This document shows, one piece after another, positions 6,640 to 14,419 of a DNA stretch of 14,419 nt. Each line of letters opens with the position of its first letter. Position 1 is the stretch's first letter. The stretch covers positions 1 through 14,419 of the forward strand of contig JANPJS010000252.1 in NCBI GenBank assembly GCA_031425655.1, read 5' to 3'. The notes below the pieces were generated by a model that was not told the origin of the DNA, made no database searches, and saw only the letters and a program-made list of their open reading frames with translations. Both the position numbers and the translations under genes were made by a program. Origin of the DNA: Abditibacteriaceae bacterium. GTDB taxonomy: Bacteria; Armatimonadota; Abditibacteriia; Abditibacteriales; Abditibacteriaceae.

Positions 6640-8520
6640 TCAGTTCGCAATCGCAGGCATTTTGCCGTCGGTGGGCGAAGCCAAATCTTTGCGCTGCCAG
6701 ACGCGCACGTAGTCAATGATGAAATCGTCGGGCAACTGCTTGATGTCGAGCGCGTTGTTGTCCCAGCCGCCCATCGGCAGCGTGAACATCAACATTTGAG
6801 GCACATTCGAGATGCGCGGGTCTTGCCAGCGCGCCACTTCCACGCCGTTGCAGTAATAAATCGCCGAACCGGGCGTCCACAGCAGTCCGCTGGTGATGAA
6901 GCCGTCCTTATCGGGCTGGGCGTAAATCTTGTCCGCTCCGATGCTTTTGTGGTCTTTGCCGTAGCCGTCGTAGTGCATGGTGACGTTGTAACGCAAGCCT
7001 CCCCAGCGCGTGAGGTGTTCCATGATGTCGAATTCCATGCCGCCGTTGCCGGTATCTTGACGCTTCCATTGGGCGTCTAAGCCACGTCCTCGGTCGGGCA
7101 TCATCCAAAACGCCGGCCATAATCCGGGCGCTTTGGGAAGTTTCATGCGCGCCTCGAAATAACCGTAGCGCTGCACCCATTTATCGTAGGTGTGCAGATA
7201 GCCCGACTGCCAATCGGTCTGATTTTTCGTTGGATCATCGTCGTGGAAGCCGGTTTTCTTCTCGTAGCGCAGTTTGACCACGCCGCCGCCAAGAATCACA
7301 TTGTCTTTGCTCCAGTGGCTTTGCTTGTCCCAATAATTCGGGCCGTAGATGTCCCAAATCGAAGTGTCGAGCGTTGGGCCGTTGAACTCGTCGTCTAAGG
7401 TTTTCACCCAATCGCCGTCAACGGGCGGACGCTTTCCCAACCAATCCGGTAACTGTTGAACGGGCACCTCGGCTTTGATGGATTCGACAATCAGCGTGCG
7501 TTCGGCATCGGCTTTTTCGCCGCCAAAAGTGATGGCGCCAATGGCATCGTTGGTGACGCGGTTCCCTGTGCCTTTTTTACCCAAATCTGCCGTCGTGGGG
7601 CTGATAAAAGGCACGATAATTTCGCCCCGCGCACCGGGCGCAAGCGGCATTCCGACGCTCCAATCGGACGGGCCGCCGTTGCTTTCCACGCGCACGCGCG
7701 GCGTGAGCGGCACTTTTCCGGTATTTCGCACTTTGACGCGCACTTGCAAAGCCTCGCGCAAATCCCAGCGCCCGACGGCGGGCTTCAACGCGACCGACGG
7801 CTCGTCTTTTGAGGCTTGAAACACGATATTGAGCGTGTTTTGTGGGCCATCGAGCCACGCTTGCGCGCTTTTGGCGCCGTCAATGGCGACGCCCGCTCCC
7901 AATAGCGAACCGTTTTGCGGCTTGACGCGCACCGAATTGGGGTCAACCGGCGGTTTTTCGCCCGCAGGGCCACCCGCTGTCAGCGATTCGATGCGAAATG
8001 ACTGCGCCTCGTCCGATTTTCCGGCAAAAAGCAGGATGTTGGAGACGGCGTTCGACTTCAAAGCGTAGCCCGGCTTGCGTCCGTAAGAGTAGCCGAAAAT
8101 CGTCGTCACGGTTCCGGCTTCGCCCGGCTTGAGCGTCGCGCTTTCGGTATTCCACGGGTTGTCCTGCCAGTTGCCGTCGTTGTCCACGCGCAGCGAAAGC
8201 GAAAGCGGTTTGGCGCCGTTGTTGACCACGCGCGCCTCGACGTGGCCAAAGTTCGATAAATCCCAACTGGCGCCGTCGGGCTTGATGCTGATGCCGGGAT
8301 AGCCTTCTTGTCCCGGCGCGATTGTCACGACAAAGCCCGGCATTGCGGCGTCTGCGCTGCGTGCGACAGTCACTTGCGTCGAACTGGGCATCAGGCGCTT
8401 CAAAGCGCCCTCGTTCATTTCCAACAAGGCTTTGGCAGGCGCCGCGTTTTGAGCGCACACGACTGGCGCAAAACAAAACGTTGTCAATATGGCGGCGCTG
8501 AACAAAATGGGGAATTTCAT
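6640..8520 (-). CDS. Secreted glycoside hydrolase family 16 with two N-terminal CBM-like repeats
   Basis: 626 aa with a signal peptide and GGAG SD. GH16 motifs are DEFNG, YGYFEARMKLP...GLWPAFWMM, the catalytic EFDIME (EFDIMEH at 7015-7035), LLWTP...YY.NG and F.IDYVRVWQ. Confidence 0.93.
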   Translation of the reverse strand: MKFPILFSAAILTTFCFAPVVCAQNAAPAKALLEMNEGALKRLMPSSTQVTVARSADAAMPGFVVTIAPGQEGYPGISIKPDGASWDLSNFGHVEARVVNNGAKPLSLSLRVDNDGNWQDNPWNTESATLKPGEAGTVTTIFGYSYGRKPGYALKSNAVSNILLFAGKSDEAQSFRIESLTAGGPAGEKPPVDPNSVRVKPQNGSLLGAGVAIDGAKSAQAWLDGPQNTLNIVFQASKDEPSVALKPAVGRWDLREALQVRVKVRNTGKVPLTPRVRVESNGGPSDWSVGMPLAPGARGEIIVPFISPTTADLGKKGTGNRVTNDAIGAITFGGEKADAERTLIVESIKAEVPVQQLPDWLGKRPPVDGDWVKTLDDEFNGPTLDTSIWDIYGPNYWDKQSHWSKDNVILGGGVVKLRYEKKTGFHDDDPTKNQTDWQSGYLHTYDKWVQRYGYFEARMKLPKAPGLWPAFWMMPDRGRGLDAQWKRQDTGNGGMEFDIMEHLTRWGGLRYNVTMHYDGYGKDHKSIGADKIYAQPDKDGFITSGLLWTPGSAIYYCNGVEVARWQDPRISNVPQMLMFTLPMGGWDNNALDIKQLPDDFIIDYVRVWQRKDLASPTDGKMPAIAN

Positions 8521-8599
8521 AAGATGTCTCCGTTGAATAGTTTACGACTCTTGCCGAGGGGTTTGGTTTTCGGCGGCGGCTTTGCCCGTAGGAGCGATT

Positions 8600-9187
8600 G
8601 TGAAACTTGCCTCAACTCATAAGCCGACACCCGACGAACTGCACGCCGCCACCGACGGAAAAATGCCCGACATCTTGGCGCCGGGGCTGAATGTCGTGTT
8701 TTGCGGCATTAATCCGAGCATTTATTCGGTCGTGGTGGGGCACCATTTCGCGCGGCCCGGCAACCGTTTCTGGAAAGCGCTGCACGCCGGAGGCTTCACC
8801 AACCGCTTGCTTTTACCGGCGCAAGACGGCGAATTACTGAATTTCGGCTGCGGCATCACCAACGTCGTCGAACGCGCGACGGTTGGCGCCGCCGAACTCT
8901 CCCGCGCCGAATTAGCAACGGGCGGTTTGAAGTTGCAAGCCCGGATTCAGCATTTCGCGCCGCGCTGGTTAGCAGTTTTAGGAATTGGCGCTTATCGCAC
9001 CGCTTTTGATGAGCCGAAAGCCGTTTTGGGGCCGCAATCGCGCACCATCGGCACGACACGTCTGTGGGTTCTGCCCAATCCGAGCGGCCTGAACGCGCAT
9101 TATCAACCGGCGGATTTGGCGCGTCTTTTCCGGGAATTTCATCAGGCGCTTGCGGATAACGAATTGCCCCACGACGCTTCGCGTTAA
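8600..9187 (+). CDS. mug: G/U mismatch-specific DNA glycosylase (UDG family 2)
   Basis: Motifs are DILAPGLNVVFCGINP, HHFARPGNRFWKALHAGGFT, GITNVVERAT and LWVLPNPSGLNAH. The start is placed at GTG 8600, preceded by AGGAG at 8590-8594. Confidence 0.95.
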   Translation: MKLASTHKPTPDELHAATDGKMPDILAPGLNVVFCGINPSIYSVVVGHHFARPGNRFWKALHAGGFTNRLLLPAQDGELLNFGCGITNVVERATVGAAELSRAELATGGLKLQARIQHFAPRWLAVLGIGAYRTAFDEPKAVLGPQSRTIGTTRLWVLPNPSGLNAHYQPADLARLFREFHQALADNELPHDASR

Positions 9188-9211
9188 CGAGGAGAATTTG
9201 TTGGTAAGAAT

Positions 9212-9243
9212 GAACCCTGAGCCTCTGGAAAGGCTCAGGGTTC
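9212..9243. terminator. Perfect 13-bp hairpin between convergent genes (terminator or REP-like)
   Basis: GAACCCTGAGCCT (9212-9224) - CTGGAA - AGGCTCAGGGTTC (9231-9243). There is no clear U-tract on either strand. Confidence 0.6.
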
Positions 9244-9250
9244 GTCTGCT

Positions 9251-10492
9251 TCAAACACCAACCGCAATTTCCTGAGCTGCTTCGGATTCGTGGGCATACC
9301 AATCGAAGGCTTCGATTTCCTGTTCGGGCGCAACACAGCGCACGACGAATTGCGGGGCGTTTTGCCAGTCGCGTCCGCTTTCGTGTTCGAGACGCATCAT
9401 GGCGTTCATGCTGGCGCCGTCCCACAGCAATTCGCCGTCGCGCAGGGCCAAATAACGGCCTGAGTATTGGCTGGCAAGCTCTTCCTGCTGCTCCCGATAA
9501 GCCGCCACACACGCGGCGCCGCGTTCGAGTTGTTCGACGCGGCGCGTGTTGCCGTCGTAGGCTTCGACCTCAAACTGCGTCATGATCTCTTCGGGCGTCG
9601 GGCCTAAAACCTCGATTTCATCGGCGCGGTTTGGCCCCAATCCGGCTTCGGCGGCGAGTTTTATAACATTGCGCCGATAATAAAACGGCGCATTCGGATA
9701 ATCGCCGCGCGGATCGAAGCCCATGACACGCGCGCCCACGCTATCCGTCGCCACAATATTCGTCCCGGCCAAAATCACGCCGGGCGTCAAAATCTCGCCG
9801 TGCCATTCCTGTTTATTGAGCGCCACGATGCCGTCCACGACGTTTAGCGAAGGGCGCATCCACTGCGCCATATCCGAAAGCACGCGCGGCAGGCGAATCA
9901 GGCGGTCGTGCAAATACATACGCGGCGCGCCGTAAACCGCCGTCGGCATCCAGCCAAAGAGGTTTTTGATGCACAAAGTGCAGCCCAGACTGACGTGAGC
10001 TTTCATTTTGGCAACAGAAACAAAAGCGTCGGCTTCGACTAATTCGCGCGGCATGGTATAGCGCCGGAACATCGGGTCGGGATGGCGCATTTCCACATTG
10101 GTTAGCTCGCTGGCGTTGAAATCTATAAGGCGCACGCCCGCATAGCGCGCCAAACGCTCGGTCAGGCCCAATTTTGCATAAAGACCTGCTGCGTCGCCAT
10201 CGGTAGGAGCGTCGCCGATGATGATTTCGGCATCGGTGAAGGCTCGCAAAGCGCGAATCGTGCCCTCGACAACCGCCGGGTCGGTGAGTTCGGTTTGCTT
10301 GCCATGCGCCGCATCGGGGGCAGCCACGCGATGAATTCCCGAATTGATTTTCACGGCAATGGTGCGCGCCTGCCGAATGTTGGCGGGCAGTTCTCCCAGC
10401 GCGTAAATGGCTTCTTCGGTTTTGCTGACGACTTCGGCGTCCGTGGTTTGCGGCGCACAGCGCAGCAGGCTTACTTTTTCCAGAGGTTTCAT
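9251..10492 (-). CDS. DUF362 domain protein with a C-terminal DUF5678-like module
   Basis: Motifs are VKIN, TDPAVV, IIIGD, EADAFVSVAKMKAH...TLCIKNLFG, P.LNVVDGI and G.ILAGTNIVATD..GARVMGFDP. The start is set at ATG 10492 because the longer ORF runs into the MITE-like element; 413 aa. Confidence 0.88.
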   Translation of the reverse strand: MKPLEKVSLLRCAPQTTDAEVVSKTEEAIYALGELPANIRQARTIAVKINSGIHRVAAPDAAHGKQTELTDPAVVEGTIRALRAFTDAEIIIGDAPTDGDAAGLYAKLGLTERLARYAGVRLIDFNASELTNVEMRHPDPMFRRYTMPRELVEADAFVSVAKMKAHVSLGCTLCIKNLFGWMPTAVYGAPRMYLHDRLIRLPRVLSDMAQWMRPSLNVVDGIVALNKQEWHGEILTPGVILAGTNIVATDSVGARVMGFDPRGDYPNAPFYYRRNVIKLAAEAGLGPNRADEIEVLGPTPEEIMTQFEVEAYDGNTRRVEQLERGAACVAAYREQQEELASQYSGRYLALRDGELLWDGASMNAMMRLEHESGRDWQNAPQFVVRCVAPEQEIEAFDWYAHESEAAQEIAVGV

Positions 10493-10506
10493 AATTCGAT
10501 TCTTAA

Positions 10507-10677
10507 AAGCTGTCTGAGAAGTCCCCTCCCCTTGCCGTTTAAGGCGGGCGCCCTCTGGGCAGGTGTTAGGGTGGGGTTCTGCCATTTTCGGAACCCCCCT
10601 GCCCTGAGGGCACCCGCCAGCCCTTCCCCTTGATACGGCAAAGGGGAAGGGAGTCGCTGCCTATTCTCAGACAGCTT
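10507..10677. mobile_element. MITE-like non-autonomous palindromic element, 171 bp
   Basis: Perfect 14-bp terminal inverted repeats AAGCTGTCTGAGAA (10507-10520) / TTCTCAGACAGCTT (10664-10677), flanked by direct CTTAA (10502-10506, 10678-10682). The GC-rich internal arms are mutually inverted. Confidence 0.75.
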
Positions 10678-10849
10678 CTTAAATTCTTCAAAGCGACATC
10701 TCAAAATACGTGCAACGATGTAAACAGAGTTCAGTCCACAAAGCTGGTTTCAAAATAAATCGTGACTTGACCCGCCGTGACGTTTCAAATGTCAATAGAC
10801 TCAGAAATCTTCCGTAGTCCCAAGCGATTTGGTTACCTCCCATTTTGTC

Positions 10850-13800
10850 ATGCAGCAAATCATTTTATTGAGTTGGATAAGCTCCGTTGTTAGCAGCGCG
10901 TTAATTTCAAGCGTTGGGGCCGCGCCCGCAAAGCCCGATTTCAACCGCGACGTGCGGCCAATTTTGTCGCAATCGTGCTTCAAATGTCACGGCATGGACG
11001 ACAAAACGCGCAAAGCCAAACTGCGCTTCGATGTGCGCGAAAGCGCCCTGACCGTCATCACGCCGGGCAAACCCGACGAAAGCGAGTTCATCAAACGCGT
11101 TTTCAGCCACGATCCCGATGAAATGATGCCGCCGCCCGCCGCGAAAATGACGATGACCGACGCGCAAAAGCAGATTCTGCGCGATTGGGTCGCATCCGGC
11201 GCCGAATACGCGCCGCATTGGGCTTTCGTCGCGCCGAAATTGCCCGCTGTGCCTGTCGTCAAAAGCAAAGCTGCGAACCCGATTGACAATTTCATTCTGG
11301 CGCGCCTTGAAAAAGACGGCCTGTTGCCCGCGCCCGAAGCCGATAAATACACCCTTGCGCGCCGCGTTCATCTCGATTTAATCGGTCTTCCGCCGACGCC
11401 GGCACAGGCCGACGCCTTTGTCAACGACCAAGCAAAAAACGCCTACGAAAAGCTTGTGGACAGGCTGTTGGCAAGCCCGCAATACGGCGAACGCTGGGCG
11501 CGTCGCTGGCTCGATTTAGCGCGCTACGCCGACACCAACGGTTACGAAAAAGACCGCAATCGCACTATTTGGCCGTATCGCGATTGGGTTGTGCAGTCGC
11601 TCAATGAAAATATGCCGTTCGACCAGTTCACGATTAAGCAACTGGCTGGCGATATGCTGACGAACCCGGCGCCCGCCGACATCGTGGCAACGGGTTTTCA
11701 TCGCAACACCATGCTCAACGAAGAAGGCGGCATTGACCCGCTGGAATTTCGTTACAACGCCATCACCGACCGCGTGGCGACGACCGGCACAACATGGCTC
11801 GGCCTCACGACCGGCTGCGCCCAATGCCACACCCACAAGTTCGATCCGATTCCGCACACCGAATACTTTCAACTCATGGCGTTTTTGAATAACGCCGACG
11901 AACCGGATTACGAAATCGCTGATGCCGCGCTGCAAAAACGCCGAGTCGAAGCCCAAGCGCGCCTCGAAAAGTTAGTGCAAGATTTGCCGTCGAAATGGCC
12001 GTTATCCGGCGAAACGACGTGGCAAACGCCCGCTGCTAAAGCCGTCGCCGACAGCGGCGCGCCCGTCGAAACGCAACCGGACGGCGCGCTCAAATTCGGC
12101 GGCGTTGTGCCCGACAAAGACGCTTATTCCATCACTTTCGATACGGATGGCAGCGCCGACAGGCTGAAACTGGAAGTTCTCACAGATGGCAAAATTGGGC
12201 CGGGCCGCACGCCGCACGGCAATTTCGTGTTGAACGAAATCTCTGTTTTCGCCGCGCCCAAAGACGCACCGGACAAAGCCGCGCCGGTGAAAATCGCCCG
12301 CGCCGAAGCCGATTATTCCCAAAACGATTACGCCATCGAAGGCAGCATTGACGGCAAGCCTCAAACTGGCTGGGCCGTTGACCAAAACGGCAACGCGCAT
12401 CAAAACCGCACGGCGACTTTCACTTTCGACAAGCCTGCCGGCTTCGCGCGGGGCACGCGCTGGACGATCAAACTCGACCAGAATTACGGCAAACAGCACA
12501 TCATCGGCAAGCTGCGCTTGAGCATCGGCGCCTCGAAAGCGGCGGACAATCGCCCGGTCGAAGAAGCGCGCCGCGAGGCGATGCAAACGCGCTTTGTGGC
12601 GTGGGACAAAGCCGAATCGGCCCGCGCTGCGCGCTGGCAGGTGCTGCGCCCGACCGAGATGAAAAGCACTAAGCCGTATCTGACTTTGCAGCCTGACGGC
12701 TCGATTTTAGCGGGCGGCGACATCACCAAAAGCGACGTGTATTCACTGAAATTCGACGCGAAGCTCAAAGCCGTCACCGCGTTGCGCCTGGAAGTTTTGC
12801 CCCACGAAAGTTTGCCCGGCGGCGGCCCCGGCTTGGCCTATTACGAAGGCCCCAAAGGCGATTTCTTCCTCAGCGAATTGCAGATTTTCGCGGGCGAACA
12901 GCGCGTCAAAGTCAGCCGCGCCTCGCAATCAATGGGCGCCGCGATGCAAACGCAAGACGGCGAAATGTCCAGCGGCTGGTCGGTCGGCGGCGCGCAAAGC
13001 CAGCCGCAATCGGCAGTTTTTCAATTTGAAAAGCCGCTCGATTTAACCGGCGATTTGAACTTAAAAATGCTTTTCGAGCGCCATTTTGCGTGTTCGCTCG
13101 GCCATTTTCGCCTCTCCGTCACGGATTCGCCGGACGCGCAGGCGCGCGGCCACGACGCCGAAACAGAAGCTCTTTTAACCAAACCCGCAGGCGAACGCAG
13201 CGCCGCCGAACAAGACAAAGTTTTCACGCACTTTCTCCAAACCGCGCCGGAAATGGCACCGGCGATGGACGAAATCAAACGCGCCCGCAACCTGCCGCGC
13301 GGCCAAAGCACGTTAGCGATGCGCGAGCGTCCCGCGAATAACCCGCGCCCGACGTTTTTGCATCATCGCGGCGAATATCTGCTGGCCGAAAAGGAAGTCG
13401 CACCCGGCGTCCCGACCTTTTTGCCACCGCTGCCAAATGACGCGCCCAAAAACCGTCTGACACTGGCCAAATGGCTCGTCGCGCCCGACAATCCGCTGAC
13501 GGCGCGCGTCACGGTTAATCGCCAGTGGCAGGCGTTTTTCGGGCGCGGTTTGGTGCGAACGCTGGACGATTTCGGCTATCAAGGCGAAACGCCCTCGCAC
13601 CCCGAATTGCTCGATTATCTGGCTCTGAAATTCCAGAGTGGCGACTTGCCAGCCGTCAGCGGAGCCAAAGCGCAAGCGTGGGATTTGAAGGCGTTGCACA
13701 AACTCATCGCCATGAGCGCGACTTATCGCCAGAGTTCGCGCGTTTCGCCGGAATCGGCGCAGCGCGACCCGCAAAACGTGCTTTTGGCGCGCGGCCCACG

Positions 13801-14350
13801 CTTCCGATTAGACGCCGAAGTTATCCGCGATGCCGCGCTGCAAGCCTCCGCATCGCTATCGGCGAAAATGGGCGGCCCCGGCGTTTATCCGCCGCAGCCG
13901 GACGGCGTGACTGAAGTCGCTTACGGCAATATGAAATGGCCCGTCAGCAGCGGCGAAGACCGCACGCGGCGCAGCCTTTACACCTACGCCAAACGCACCG
14001 CGCCCTTCGCCATGTTCAACACTTTCGACGGCCCGACCGGTGAAAGCTGTCTGGCGCGCCGCGAAGTCTCGAACACGCCGCTGCAAGCTCTGGTTTTGCT
14101 CAACGACGTGATGTTTCAGGAAGCCGCGCAGGCGTTGGGCCGCCTGGCCGTCGCTTCCGCCAAAACGCCCACCGAGCGCGCCACTTTGATTTTCCGCCGC
14201 GCTCTGACGCGCCCGCCCGCCGCCGACGAACTGACGAAGTTGCTCACTTTCGCCGACAAACAAAAAGCGCGCGGCGCCTCGGAACCCGACGTGTGGATGT
14301 CCGTTTCGCGCGCAGTTTTGAACTTAGACGAAGCGGTTACGAAGTCATAA
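10850..14350 (+). CDS. DUF1549/DUF1553 (PSCyt2/PSD1) planctomycete-type cytochrome c protein with duplicated beta-sandwich-like inserts
   Basis: FNRDVRPILSQSCFKCHG (CxxCH 10976-10990), HWAFVAP, NPIDNFI, YGERWARRWLDLARYADTNGYEKD, CAQCHTHKFDPI (11816-11830), NPLTARVTVNR.WQ.FFGRG, HPELLDYLA, RLDAEVIRD and SNTPLQAL.LLND. The start is probably ATG 10850 with a signal peptide. Confidence 0.94.
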   Translation: MQQIILLSWISSVVSSALISSVGAAPAKPDFNRDVRPILSQSCFKCHGMDDKTRKAKLRFDVRESALTVITPGKPDESEFIKRVFSHDPDEMMPPPAAKMTMTDAQKQILRDWVASGAEYAPHWAFVAPKLPAVPVVKSKAANPIDNFILARLEKDGLLPAPEADKYTLARRVHLDLIGLPPTPAQADAFVNDQAKNAYEKLVDRLLASPQYGERWARRWLDLARYADTNGYEKDRNRTIWPYRDWVVQSLNENMPFDQFTIKQLAGDMLTNPAPADIVATGFHRNTMLNEEGGIDPLEFRYNAITDRVATTGTTWLGLTTGCAQCHTHKFDPIPHTEYFQLMAFLNNADEPDYEIADAALQKRRVEAQARLEKLVQDLPSKWPLSGETTWQTPAAKAVADSGAPVETQPDGALKFGGVVPDKDAYSITFDTDGSADRLKLEVLTDGKIGPGRTPHGNFVLNEISVFAAPKDAPDKAAPVKIARAEADYSQNDYAIEGSIDGKPQTGWAVDQNGNAHQNRTATFTFDKPAGFARGTRWTIKLDQNYGKQHIIGKLRLSIGASKAADNRPVEEARREAMQTRFVAWDKAESARAARWQVLRPTEMKSTKPYLTLQPDGSILAGGDITKSDVYSLKFDAKLKAVTALRLEVLPHESLPGGGPGLAYYEGPKGDFFLSELQIFAGEQRVKVSRASQSMGAAMQTQDGEMSSGWSVGGAQSQPQSAVFQFEKPLDLTGDLNLKMLFERHFACSLGHFRLSVTDSPDAQARGHDAETEALLTKPAGERSAAEQDKVFTHFLQTAPEMAPAMDEIKRARNLPRGQSTLAMRERPANNPRPTFLHHRGEYLLAEKEVAPGVPTFLPPLPNDAPKNRLTLAKWLVAPDNPLTARVTVNRQWQAFFGRGLVRTLDDFGYQGETPSHPELLDYLALKFQSGDLPAVSGAKAQAWDLKALHKLIAMSATYRQSSRVSPESAQRDPQNVLLARGPRFRLDAEVIRDAALQASASLSAKMGGPGVYPPQPDGVTEVAYGNMKWPVSSGEDRTRRSLYTYAKRTAPFAMFNTFDGPTGESCLARREVSNTPLQALVLLNDVMFQEAAQALGRLAVASAKTPTERATLIFRRALTRPPAADELTKLLTFADKQKARGASEPDVWMSVSRAVLNLDEAVTKS

Positions 14351-14419
14351 TTTTTAATGGAACACGGATTTCACAGAAACGGCCACAGATTTTCACGGTT
14401 TTTTGTTTGGATTGATCTG
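14351..14419. repeat. Second copy of the palindromic intergenic repeat (truncated by the window end)
   Basis: It shares AATGGAACACGG (14356-14367 vs 3423-3434), GAAACGGC (14376-14383 vs 3451-3458) and an identical 18-mer TTTTTGTTTGGATTGATC (14400-14417 vs 3474-3491) with copy 1. Confidence 0.85.

Noticed and set aside
9189..9275. GAGGAG SD-like sequence after the mug stop, followed by TTG/ATG and a ~26-codon frame
   Set aside because: The frame runs through the hairpin and antisense into the DUF362 3' end. It is too short and lacks other support.
10493..10704. N-terminal extension of DUF362 to 10585, and ORFs 10489..10704 and 10295..10633
   Set aside because: These are translations of the palindromic MITE-like element, with no transposase-like motifs.

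Overview
This is a bacterial genomic window of moderate-to-high GC with AT-richer patches at about 1-1400 and 6240-6600. A run of minus-strand genes fills 8520 down to 57, in this order: a secreted GH16 glycoside hydrolase with tandem N-terminal CBM-like repeats; a small AT-rich membrane gene; a planctomycete-type DUF1592-family di-heme cytochrome c protein and its Tat-exported DUF1552 partner; a DUF4160/DUF2442 toxin-antitoxin-type pair whose DUF4160 gene is frameshifted; a small secreted protein; and an AT-rich coupled pair (73-aa basic protein plus 154-aa coiled-coil/2TM protein) ending at an intrinsic terminator. The right half holds mug (+), a DUF362 protein with an unusual DUF5678-like C-terminus (-), and a large DUF1549/DUF1553 di-heme cytochrome c protein (+). 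Non-coding structure includes a 171-bp MITE-like palindrome with 14-bp TIRs and a 5-bp CTTAA flanking duplication, two copies of a palindromic repeat each directly after a cytochrome gene, and 10-bp direct repeats around both AT-rich inserts. All family assignments come from motif recognition by eye; no database searches were run.
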